Below, piece after piece: positions 28,316 through 37,139 of a DNA stretch of 64,000 nt. The stretch is taken from positions 39,862 through 103,861 of the IMG/VR virus record IMGVR_UViG_3300046804_004208; one strand, 5' to 3'. Numbering within the stretch: the first letter of the stretch is position 1; the number at the start of each line of letters is the position of its first letter. A program made the position numbers and the translations under genes. The DNA comes from a virus. The notes beneath the pieces are model-generated. The model did no database searches. It saw nothing but the letters and a program-made list of their open reading frames with translations, and was not told where the DNA came from.

Positions 28316-28419
28316 ATATAATTGAATATCGTCGGCGCTGCGCCACGGGAGGTGACTGGCAAAATCCAGTTGACGCCTCCTTTTTTTCTTGCTATAATCA
28401 ATGAAGAAATTAATTTAAA

Positions 28420-28764
28420 ATGTCAATTAAACTTGCGTTATTAAAATCTGGAGAAACAATAGTTTCTGATATAAGAGAACTTGTATCTGAAAATTCTGAA
28501 AATTCTGAAAATTCTGAAAATAATCAAAAAGTTTATGGTTATATTTTTTCAAATCCACAAAAAGTTTTTTTAAATTCTCCAATATTAATATCTGAATGCC
28601 AAAAAGACGAAGAGTTCTCTACTAAAGTATCTTTTTCTCCTTGGATTGTATTATCAAAAGATAAAGACGTTTTAGTTCCTACGAGTTGGATAGTGACATT
28701 TGTGGAACCAATAGAATCTGTAAAATCTATGTATGAGAGTATCTTAAATGAAAGCAACAATTAA
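28420..28764 (+). CDS. Hypothetical protein (Sm-like fold candidate)
   Basis: KLALLKSGETIV...NP...FSPW; TTGACG-17-TATAAT promoter upstream. Confidence 0.75.
   Translation: MSIKLALLKSGETIVSDIRELVSENSENSENSENNQKVYGYIFSNPQKVFLNSPILISECQKDEEFSTKVSFSPWIVLSKDKDVLVPTSWIVTFVEPIESVKSMYESILNESNN
28486..28521 (+). repeat. Tandem 9-bp repeat (tctgaaaat)x4 encoding SEN repeats
   Basis: Directly visible in sequence. Confidence 0.85.
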
Positions 28765-29017
28765 GTGTATAATTTTTAAAAATAATGTTTCTATTATTTC
28801 ACAAATTCAAGAAATTGAATCTGAATTGGGGGAACCTAATTGTAAGCTAATTAATCCATTTGAAATAAAAAAACAAATTACAAATGAAATTTATTTAGAA
28901 AATTGGTTATGTGATTATACAAAGCAAGATGAATTTTTAATTAATTCTGATAGTATTTTAACCATTATTGATCCAAATCCTGAAATTATTAAAAAATATA
29001 TTGATATTATTTCCTGA
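28748..29017 (+). CDS. Hypothetical protein upstream of g43
   Basis: GEPNCKLINPF...W motif; coupled to g43 start. Confidence 0.75.
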   Translation: MKATIKCIIFKNNVSIISQIQEIESELGEPNCKLINPFEIKKQITNEIYLENWLCDYTKQDEFLINSDSILTIIDPNPEIIKKYIDIIS

Positions 29018-31518
29018 TGCGATTTTATACTAACGTTCAGATGGTCGGGGATCACTTTTTGGTCCGTGGTTATGAAAATGGAAACCATTTCATGACCCGC
29101 GAAAAGTTTTACCCGACTCTTTTTGTCCCTTCTAATAAAAAAACTAAATATCAAACTTTAAACGGTGAATATGTAGAGGCAGTACAACCTGGTTCTGTTC
29201 GTGATTGTAGGGAATTTGTTAAAAAATATGAGAACGTAGAAAACTTTAAAATCTTTGGGAATACACAGTACATCTACCAATACATTTCTGACATTTACCC
29301 TGAAGAAGAACTTAAATTTGATATCAACAAGATTAAGGTAACTACAATTGATATTGAGGTTGCCTCTGAGAATGGTTTCCCTGATGTAGAGTCTGCTGCA
29401 GAAGAAGTTCTCTTAATCACCGTTCAAGATTATTCTTCAAAACAAATTCATACTTGGGGAAAGGGTTCTTTTCAAAATAATCAAAAAAATGTTTCGTATC
29501 GTTCTTTCTCGTCCGAATATGATCTTCTGAATGATTTTATTCACTGGTGGATGATTGAAACTAATACCCCAGAAGTTGTAACGGGATGGAACAGTAAACT
29601 GTATGATATTCCTTATCTTGTCCGTAGGATTGATAGGGTTCTTGGTGAAAAATTAATGAAGCGTTTATCGCCTTGGGGACTTGTAACTGAAGATGAAACT
29701 TATATCTCTGGACGTAAGCATCTTTGTTATGATATTGGCGGCATCTCACAGTTAGATTATCTTGATCTTTATAAGAAGTTTACTTACAAGGCACAAGAGT
29801 CTTATCGCCTTGATTATATTGCCGAGGTTGAACTTAAGCAGAAAAAACTAGATCACTCTGAGTTTGATACCTTCAAGGATTTCTATACAAAGGGTTGGCA
29901 AAAGTTTGTAGAGTACAACATCAAAGACGTGGAACTTGTTGACCGTTTGGAAGACAAGATGAAACTGATTGAACTTGCTCTTACCATGGCATATGATGCC
30001 AAGGCAAACTATGAGGATGTATTCTCTCAAGTTCGCATGTGGGATACAATCATCTATAACTATCTGAAGAAAAGGAATATTGTTATTCCTCCTAAAGAGC
30101 GTTCTGATAAGGACTCTAAGTATGAGGGTGCCTATGTGAAGGAACCAATCCCTGGCATGTATGAATGGGTAGTGAGTTTTGACTTGAACTCGCTATATCC
30201 TCACTTGATTATGCAATACAACATTTCTCCAGAAACACTTGTTGAAGAAAAACATCCAACAGTTAATGTGGATAAAATTCTCAATCAAACTATTAACTTT
30301 GAAATGTATAAGGACTATGCGGTATGTGCAAACGGTGCCATGTATCGCAAGGACGTGCGAGGATTTCTTCCAGAACTGATGGAAAAGATCTATAATGAAC
30401 GGGTAATCTTTAAAAAGAAAATGCTTGAGGCAGAGCAAGCATATGAAAAGAAAAAAACCAAAGAGTTGGAAAAAGAAATTGCCCGATGCAATAACATTCA
30501 GATGGCAAGAAAAATCCAACTTAATTCTGCCTATGGTGCTATTGGCAACCAGTATTTTCGTTATTTTAAATTGGCAAACGCCGAGGCAATCACCTTATCG
30601 GGTCAAGTTTCAATTAACTGGATTATGAATAAGGTAAATGCCTATCTCAACAAAATTCTCAAGAGTGGAGATGTTGATTATGTTATTGCTTCAGATACTG
30701 ACTCTCTGTACGTTAATATGGGTCCTTTGGTTGAAAGTGTATACAAAGGGAGAGAGAAAACTACTCAAAGCATCGTTTCGTTCCTTGATAAGGTCTGTAG
30801 GATGGAATTTGAGAAATATATTGAAAATTCTTACCAAGAATTGGCAGAGTATGTGAATGCATATGAACAAAAGATGTTCATGAAACGAGAATGTATTGCT
30901 GAACGTGGTATTTGGACTGCAAAGAAGCGATATATTTTGAGTGTTTGGGATAGTGAAGGGGTTCGTTATGAAGAACCTAAACTCAAGATCAAAGGTATTG
31001 AAGCAATCAAATCTTCAACTCCAGCACCATGCCGTAAGATGCTCAAAGAGTCTTTCAACATCATGATGGGTGGATCAGAAGATGATATGATCAACTTTAT
31101 TGATAAATGCCGAAAAGAGTTTAGATCTCTTCCACCCGAACAGATTGCATTTCCAAGATCTGCATCTGATGTTCGTAAGTATCATTCCAATTCTGATATT
31201 TACTCAAAAGGAACTCCCATTCATGTTCGGGGAGCACTTCTGTTTAACCATTACATAAAGAATAAAAAATTAACAAACAAATATTCGCTCATTAATAACG
31301 GCGAAAAAATTAAATACATCTTTCTCAAAAAACCAAACATCATTCAAGAAAACGTAATTTCATTTATTCAAGAGTTTCCAAAAGAACTTGGTCTTGACAA
31401 ATACGTCGATTATGAACTACAATTTGAGAAGAGTTTCATAGATCCACTCAGATCTATTCTAGATGTGATTGGATGGAATGTAACTAAGATAAATACTTTA
31501 GAAAGTTTCTTTATGTAA
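29017..31518 (+). CDS. g43: Family B DNA polymerase
   Basis: DIEV exonuclease, SFDLNSLYPH, KIQLNSAYG and SDTDS motifs. Confidence 0.99.
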   Translation: MRFYTNVQMVGDHFLVRGYENGNHFMTREKFYPTLFVPSNKKTKYQTLNGEYVEAVQPGSVRDCREFVKKYENVENFKIFGNTQYIYQYISDIYPEEELKFDINKIKVTTIDIEVASENGFPDVESAAEEVLLITVQDYSSKQIHTWGKGSFQNNQKNVSYRSFSSEYDLLNDFIHWWMIETNTPEVVTGWNSKLYDIPYLVRRIDRVLGEKLMKRLSPWGLVTEDETYISGRKHLCYDIGGISQLDYLDLYKKFTYKAQESYRLDYIAEVELKQKKLDHSEFDTFKDFYTKGWQKFVEYNIKDVELVDRLEDKMKLIELALTMAYDAKANYEDVFSQVRMWDTIIYNYLKKRNIVIPPKERSDKDSKYEGAYVKEPIPGMYEWVVSFDLNSLYPHLIMQYNISPETLVEEKHPTVNVDKILNQTINFEMYKDYAVCANGAMYRKDVRGFLPELMEKIYNERVIFKKKMLEAEQAYEKKKTKELEKEIARCNNIQMARKIQLNSAYGAIGNQYFRYFKLANAEAITLSGQVSINWIMNKVNAYLNKILKSGDVDYVIASDTDSLYVNMGPLVESVYKGREKTTQSIVSFLDKVCRMEFEKYIENSYQELAEYVNAYEQKMFMKRECIAERGIWTAKKRYILSVWDSEGVRYEEPKLKIKGIEAIKSSTPAPCRKMLKESFNIMMGGSEDDMINFIDKCRKEFRSLPPEQIAFPRSASDVRKYHSNSDIYSKGTPIHVRGALLFNHYIKNKKLTNKYSLINNGEKIKYIFLKKPNIIQENVISFIQEFPKELGLDKYVDYELQFEKSFIDPLRSILDVIGWNVTKINTLESFFM

Positions 31519-31527
31519 AATATACAT

Positions 31528-32208
31528 ATGAACAAATATTATACTTATGCTTATTTGCGTGAAGATAGAACTCCTTATTATATTGGTAAAGGATTAAAAA
31601 ACAGGAAATATAAAAAGCATTTTAGGAGAAATGGAAAAGTATTTTCTCCACCATCAGAAGACAAAATACTTATTCTCAAACAGAATCTAACTGAAGAAGA
31701 AGCATTTAAGCATGAAAAATATATGATTGCTGTCTTCGGTAGAAAAGATTTGGGATCTGGTATTTTGAGAAATTTGACTGAAGGTGGGGAAGGGTGTAGT
31801 GGATATAAACACTCGGATAAATTTAAATCTAAAATTAAAAAAGTTCAGAGTGGTAGAGTTATTTCCAATACAACTAAAGAAAAAATGAGAAATGCAAATC
31901 TTGGAAAAGTTTTATCTGATGAACATAAAAAAAAGATCGGAGAATCGCAAAGGGGAAAGGTTGTAAGTGAGGAGGTTAGAAAAAAAATAAGTAACACACT
32001 AAAGGGTAAAAAACATAGTTCAGAAAGAATCAAGAATATAAGAAAAGGAATGGGGTGTGAAACTTATAAATTTATTTCCCCAGAAGGCAAAATATTTGAA
32101 GTTGATAATATGACGAAATTCTGCTACGATAGAAATCTACAGCAAAGTTGCATGTCAAACATTTGGAACAACAAACGAAATTCTCATAAAGGATGGAAAA
32201 AAGCTTGA
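31528..32208 (+). mobile_element. Free-standing GIY-YIG homing endonuclease with NUMOD3 repeats
   Basis: YYTYAY...YYIGKG...R, NLTEGGEG and repeated (H/L)SxExKxKI motifs; AT-rich insert after g43. Confidence 0.9.
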
Positions 32209-32372
32209 TGGATCTGCCTATTAACGATGAAGAATTGAATACGATTGTAAAGTCTCTTACTTTGGGTGGAAATGTAGCACTTTATCAAAAACTTAAACTT
32301 GTAAAAGAACTTAGAGAACAAGGTTTACCTTATAAAAAAATACTTCGTGAAGAGTATGGGATGGCTGCATGA
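32208..32372 (+). CDS. 54-aa hypothetical protein
   Basis: Read manually: MDLPINDEELNTIVKSLTLGGNVALYQKLKLVKELREQGLPYKKILREEYGMAA. Confidence 0.7.
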   Translation: MDLPINDEELNTIVKSLTLGGNVALYQKLKLVKELREQGLPYKKILREEYGMAA

Positions 32373-32509
32373 TAACATTGCCAATAACAGATAGAGATTT
32401 AATTGTTATTATGGAATTGTTGGAGAAGAATAAAGATAAGCATAAAGATTTGTACGCAAAACTATGGTCGTTTAAATTTCAAAGGAATACTAAAAATGGA
32501 CTTTCTTAA
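32369..32509 (+). CDS. 46-aa hypothetical protein, possible paralog of preceding ORF
   Basis: MITLPITDRDLIVIMELLEKNKDKHKDLYAKLWSFKFQRNTKNGLS; shares LPIxDxxL and LYxKL. Confidence 0.6.
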   Translation: MITLPITDRDLIVIMELLEKNKDKHKDLYAKLWSFKFQRNTKNGLS

Positions 32510-33503
32510 AGATATAATTAAAGAGGTGGGAGGAGAATATGCTTCTCTTGCTTCAGATATTGACGAAACAGAAACTTATGTTGATACGGGTTCATACATT
32601 TTTAATGCACTGGTTTCAGGTAGTATATTTGGTGGTGTATCTGGGAATAAGATTACTGCTATTGCTGGAGAGTCTAGTACTGGAAAGACTTTTTTCTCTC
32701 TCGCAGTGGTTAAGAATTTTCTTGATACTCATCCCGATGGTTACTGTCTCTACTTTGACACTGAGGCTGCTATCACTAAATCGCTTGTAGAATCCCGTGG
32801 AATTGATACTTCTCGTCTTGTGGTTGTCAATGTTGTTACTGTTGAAGAGTTTCGTGGAAAGGCACTCAAGGCAGTAGATCTATACTTAAAAAAACCTGAA
32901 GGGGAGCGCAAACCCTGCATGTTTGTGCTAGATTCTTTGGGAATGCTTTCTACGGAGAAAGAAATTACTGATGCCCTAAATGATAAACAAGTTCGTGACA
33001 TGACTAAATCACAACTTGTGAAGGGTGCATTCCGAATGCTCACTTTAAAACTTGGTCAAGCAAAAATTCCAATGATTGTAACTAATCATACCTATGATGT
33101 CATCGGTGCTTATGTACCTACAAAAGAAATGGGTGGTGGTAGTGGACTTAAATATGCTGCTTCTAGTATAGTCTATCTTTCAAAGAAAAAAGAAAAAGAT
33201 GGAACCGAAATTGTTGGGAACATTATTAAAGCAAAAACTGCTAAATCGCGTTTAAGCAAAGAAAATCAAGAAGTTGAAGTTCGTTTATATTATGATGAAC
33301 GAGGACTTGACAGATATTATGGTTTACTTGAGTTGGGTGAGGAAGCAGGAATGTGGAAAAATGTAGCAGGGCGATATGAAATTAATGGTAAGAAAATTTA
33401 TGGGAAGGAAATTCTAAAAAACCCAGATCAATATTTTACAGAAGAAGTAATGCAGCAACTTGATGCTGCCGCGAAACAACAATTCTCTTATGGAACGAAT
33501 TGA
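32496..33503 (+). CDS. uvsX: RecA-like recombinase UvsX
   Basis: AGESSTGKT, FDTEAA, VLDSLG, NHTY and MGGGSG; start moved to MDFLKD. Confidence 0.96.
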   Translation: MDFLKDIIKEVGGEYASLASDIDETETYVDTGSYIFNALVSGSIFGGVSGNKITAIAGESSTGKTFFSLAVVKNFLDTHPDGYCLYFDTEAAITKSLVESRGIDTSRLVVVNVVTVEEFRGKALKAVDLYLKKPEGERKPCMFVLDSLGMLSTEKEITDALNDKQVRDMTKSQLVKGAFRMLTLKLGQAKIPMIVTNHTYDVIGAYVPTKEMGGGSGLKYAASSIVYLSKKKEKDGTEIVGNIIKAKTAKSRLSKENQEVEVRLYYDERGLDRYYGLLELGEEAGMWKNVAGRYEINGKKIYGKEILKNPDQYFTEEVMQQLDAAAKQQFSYGTN

Positions 33504-34869
33504 GACCACGATTCTCAGAAACTTAATATACAATGAAGATTATTCGCGTAAAGTCATTCCTTTCATACAACCAGATTATTTTGAAAGCACATCCGAAAAG
33601 GTCATTTTTCAAGAGATTGTTCAGTTCATTGTCCAATATGGTTCAGCAATCACACTTGAAGCACTTAATATTGAAGTAGAAAATCGCACAGATTTAACAG
33701 AGGATCAAATAAAAGAAATTAGAGAAATCAATAAGTCTCTAAATGATTCTCCCGTAGAAAATAAGTGGTTACTTGATACAACTGAAAAGTGGTGCCGTGA
33801 CCGTGCCATCTATTTGGCACTTATGGAGTCAATTCATATTGCTGATGGTAATGATGAAAAGAAGAATCGTGATGCGATTCCCAGCATTCTTTCTAATGCT
33901 CTAGCAATTTCATTTGATAATCATATTGGACATGATTACTTACAAGATTATGAAGAACGATATGAGTCGTATCACAGGAAAGAAAATCGTATTCCCTTTG
34001 ATTTGGAATATTTTAATAAAATTACGAAAGGTGGTCTTCCTAATAAGACTCTTAACATCGCTCTTGCTGGGACAGGTGTTGGTAAGTCTCTTTTCATGTG
34101 TCATATGGCTAGCTCCTGTGTCCTTGACGGACGTAATGTACTTTACATTACATTGGAGATGGCAGAGGAGAAAATTGCTGAACGTATTGATGCAAATCTT
34201 TTAAATGTTCCTATTCAACAGTTGGTAGAACTTCCTCGCCAAATGTTTGAAACTAAAATTACAAACATTTCAAAGAAAACTCAGGGAACCTTAATCATTA
34301 AAGAGTATCCAACTGCTTCTGCACACAGTGGTCACTTTAAAGCACTTTTGAATGAGTTATCTTTGAAGAAATCATTTAAACCAGATATTATCTTCATTGA
34401 TTATCTGAATATTTGTGCTTCTAGTAGGTATAAGGGTAATCTTTCTGTCAATTCTTACTCTTACATTAAGGCAATTGCAGAAGAACTTCGTGGATTGGCA
34501 GTGGAATTCAATGTTCCAATTGTTTCTGCTACACAAACTACTCGTAGTGGATATGGTAACTCCGATGTTGAACTCACTGATACTTCTGAAAGTTTTGGTC
34601 TCCCTGCTACTGCTGACCTTATGTTTGCTCTTATTAGCACGGAAGAGTTAGAGCAACTTGGTCAAATTATGGTGAAGCAATTGAAGAATCGCTATAATGA
34701 TCCAACTATCTACAAGCGTTTTATTGTAGGTATTGACCGTGCCAAAATGCGTCTTTATGATTGTGAGCAGACTGCCCAAAAGGACATACTTGACAGTGGG
34801 CAGGATGATGAGTATAATGATAATGAAGACAAAAAACCTAAAAAGTCGTTTGAAGGATTTAAATTTTAA
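33490..34869 (+). CDS. g41: Replicative DnaB-like helicase
   Basis: AGTGVGKS, ITLEM, IDYLN, ATQTTR, SESFGLP and KNRY. Confidence 0.97.
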   Translation: MERIETTILRNLIYNEDYSRKVIPFIQPDYFESTSEKVIFQEIVQFIVQYGSAITLEALNIEVENRTDLTEDQIKEIREINKSLNDSPVENKWLLDTTEKWCRDRAIYLALMESIHIADGNDEKKNRDAIPSILSNALAISFDNHIGHDYLQDYEERYESYHRKENRIPFDLEYFNKITKGGLPNKTLNIALAGTGVGKSLFMCHMASSCVLDGRNVLYITLEMAEEKIAERIDANLLNVPIQQLVELPRQMFETKITNISKKTQGTLIIKEYPTASAHSGHFKALLNELSLKKSFKPDIIFIDYLNICASSRYKGNLSVNSYSYIKAIAEELRGLAVEFNVPIVSATQTTRSGYGNSDVELTDTSESFGLPATADLMFALISTEELEQLGQIMVKQLKNRYNDPTIYKRFIVGIDRAKMRLYDCEQTAQKDILDSGQDDEYNDNEDKKPKKSFEGFKF

Positions 34870-35285
34870 TGGAAACTGCTAAACACGTTGATTTTGATAA
34901 GTACGCTGAGTTTGTAGATGCTGTGACCTCTGACGCATCGAAGGACTTTCTTGCTCTCTCTGATCGTCTAGTTGCTTTAGATGAAAAAGGTGCAAATATT
35001 GAACGTCTCTTGACTGCTGCTGTTGGTATCAATGCTGAAGGCGGTGAATTTATGGAGATTGTTAAAAAAATGATCTTCCAAGGTAAACCCTATAATGAAG
35101 ACAATCGTGAGCATCTGATTATTGAATTGGGTGATATTATGTGGTATGTTGCTCAGGCGTGTATGGCACTTGATGTGACTATTGATGATGTAGTTGCACG
35201 TAATGTTCAAAAACTTCTGAAGCGTTATCCTGAAGGTGCTTTTGATGTTTACTTCTCCGAAAACCGTGCTGCTGACGATCGATGA
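34869..35285 (+). CDS. mazG: MazG-like nucleotide pyrophosphohydrolase
   Basis: AEGGEFMEIVKK and ELGDIMWY. Confidence 0.92.
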   Translation: METAKHVDFDKYAEFVDAVTSDASKDFLALSDRLVALDEKGANIERLLTAAVGINAEGGEFMEIVKKMIFQGKPYNEDNREHLIIELGDIMWYVAQACMALDVTIDDVVARNVQKLLKRYPEGAFDVYFSENRAADDR

Positions 35286-35464
35286 CTAAAGAAAAACAAG
35301 TAACAATTAAAATGGATGTTCGTTCTGCTGCTGCAGTTCGTCAAATTCTGTTTGATGCACAAAAAGGATACACTTACGATGAAGTAAGCGTTCCTCCTCG
35401 TATTATGGATATTCGTTCAGTAATTAGAATCGTTGATGAACAAATTGAATCTGCATTGAACTAA
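35282..35464 (+). CDS. Hypothetical protein
   Basis: 60-aa ORF coupled to mazG. Confidence 0.65.
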   Translation: MTKEKQVTIKMDVRSAAAVRQILFDAQKGYTYDEVSVPPRIMDIRSVIRIVDEQIESALN

Positions 35465-35491
35465 ATAAATGACCCTTATGGGGTCTTTTCT

Positions 35492-35562
35492 GGGGAATTA
35501 ATTAAACGGTATAACGGATGCTTTGCAAGCACTTATTAGGAGTTCAATTCTCCTATTCTCCA
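35492..35562 (+). tRNA. tRNA-Ala(TGC), degenerate D and anticodon stems
   Basis: GGGGAAT/ATTCTCC acceptor with G3.U70; loop TTTGCAA; TTCAATT T-loop. Confidence 0.8.
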
Positions 35563-35566
35563 TTTT

Positions 35567-35639
35567 GCCCGTGTACTCCAACGGTAGAGAGAGTGGACTT
35601 AGAATCCATACAGTGGAAGTTCAAATCTTCTCGCGGGCA
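35567..35639 (+). tRNA. tRNA-Leu(TAG) with short variable loop
   Basis: GCCCGTG/CGCGGGC acceptor; GTGGA-CTTAGAA-TCCAT anticodon arm; TTCAAAT T-loop. Confidence 0.82.
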
Positions 35640-35655
35640 CTAAATAAAAATAAAA

Positions 35656-36906
35656 ATGTCAACCAAAGGTGTCGATAATTGGAATAAAAATTGGAAAGGT
35701 AGTGATAAGCAAAGTAAAGTAAAAAAATCTTCTTCTAGTTATTATAAAAAAAGTAATACTGGTTCTTTTATTAAAGTTGGTAGTTTGAGTGAGGGAACAT
35801 TAGTAACTTATATTGATTCTCAAACTAAAGATCATAAAAGATCTGCAATTAAACTTCAAAATAATAATGATGATACTTATTACATTAATATTGATAATTT
35901 AGTAAAACCAATAACAAATTCTAGAGCTGGTATTAATTTAACTCCAAGTAGTTTGGGTTTAGATGGACAAAACTTTTTTTCTGTTCTTTCTTACTATAAT
36001 TCTATTATTGAATCTTTAAATTCTAGAAATGACATAGATGGAGAATTATTTGATTATTTGTTTGAACTTTTGGATTATTCAAAAAATGGAACTTCCGATT
36101 TTACGGACATTAAAATGGAAGGATTTCCTTGGGGTAAACTAATTAGTCAATATGGTGAGGTTTTGGGTCCAATAATATGTGCAAAGAATAGAGGAGGAAT
36201 TATGAATGGATTGATTCCAACAATGGGACTTTCTGCCGCGAAAATTTATATACCCTCATTTTCAGAACCACTATATGATTATAAACTTATTTGTGGTAAG
36301 AACGAATATTTAATATCTGCTAAATCAGCGAGAGCAGTATCTAATCAAGTTAAACCACAATATGTAGTTCCTGTAGTTCGGGAAAATTTATCACAATCAT
36401 TATTGGGATCCGATGCTTTTAAATTACTTAATATATTGGCAGATAAAAATGTTAAGCAAGGTCCATTCTATGCTTGGAAATTATTGCAAAATAGCATGGA
36501 ATTGACTAATGGTGCAATTGGTGATATGGAAACAAACTATGCACCAAGAAATAAAAAATCTACTGACATAATAGTTGATTATGAATCTTGGAAACCATTT
36601 TTAAAAAAATATTTTTCTGGAAGGAAAAAAGTTACTTATGGGGAACTCAGATATAAATGTGAACAATTGATTGAAAGTAATAGTAAAGTTGGTAACTTAA
36701 ATATTAATCTTAAAGAGATATTTAAAGTATTTTTAAATGAGTCTAGGGTTATCTACGTTAAAACGAATATAAATTCAAAAACTGGAAAACCTTCATTTAC
36801 TGCATCTGCTGGTGGTGGATCTAAATTAGTTAGAAGACTTTATTTGAGATCATCAAATAGTTCTCCTAAAAGACTTGGTGATAAAATGGGATTTCAAGTA
36901 AGTTGA
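35656..36906 (+). CDS. Hypothetical protein, possible PD-(D/E)XK nuclease fold
   Basis: 416-aa ORF with YGEVLGP...LYDY...ISAKS motif; CTAAATA late-like promoter upstream. Confidence 0.6.
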   Translation: MSTKGVDNWNKNWKGSDKQSKVKKSSSSYYKKSNTGSFIKVGSLSEGTLVTYIDSQTKDHKRSAIKLQNNNDDTYYINIDNLVKPITNSRAGINLTPSSLGLDGQNFFSVLSYYNSIIESLNSRNDIDGELFDYLFELLDYSKNGTSDFTDIKMEGFPWGKLISQYGEVLGPIICAKNRGGIMNGLIPTMGLSAAKIYIPSFSEPLYDYKLICGKNEYLISAKSARAVSNQVKPQYVVPVVRENLSQSLLGSDAFKLLNILADKNVKQGPFYAWKLLQNSMELTNGAIGDMETNYAPRNKKSTDIIVDYESWKPFLKKYFSGRKKVTYGELRYKCEQLIESNSKVGNLNINLKEIFKVFLNESRVIYVKTNINSKTGKPSFTASAGGGSKLVRRLYLRSSNSSPKRLGDKMGFQVS

Positions 36907-36908
36907 AT

Positions 36909-37139
36909 ATGGATAGTATTATTTCTAATATTATAAGTTCCTTTGAAACGGATAAGAAAAAAAAACATTTAATATATGCAGATTTTATTTCTTATGTTTA
37001 TATAACTTTTGATATTAAAATTGATAGGTGTAGGTCTGAAAAATTAAAGAATAAATATAGAAAGATGAGAACTAGTATTTTAAAATACATACTAGAAAAT
37101 AAAAAAGAAATAAGTTATAAAATTTACAAACACAAATAA
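36909..37139 (+). CDS. Basic hypothetical protein
   Basis: ORF coupled to downstream gene. Confidence 0.55.
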   Translation: MDSIISNIISSFETDKKKKHLIYADFISYVYITFDIKIDRCRSEKLKNKYRKMRTSILKYILENKKEISYKIYKHK

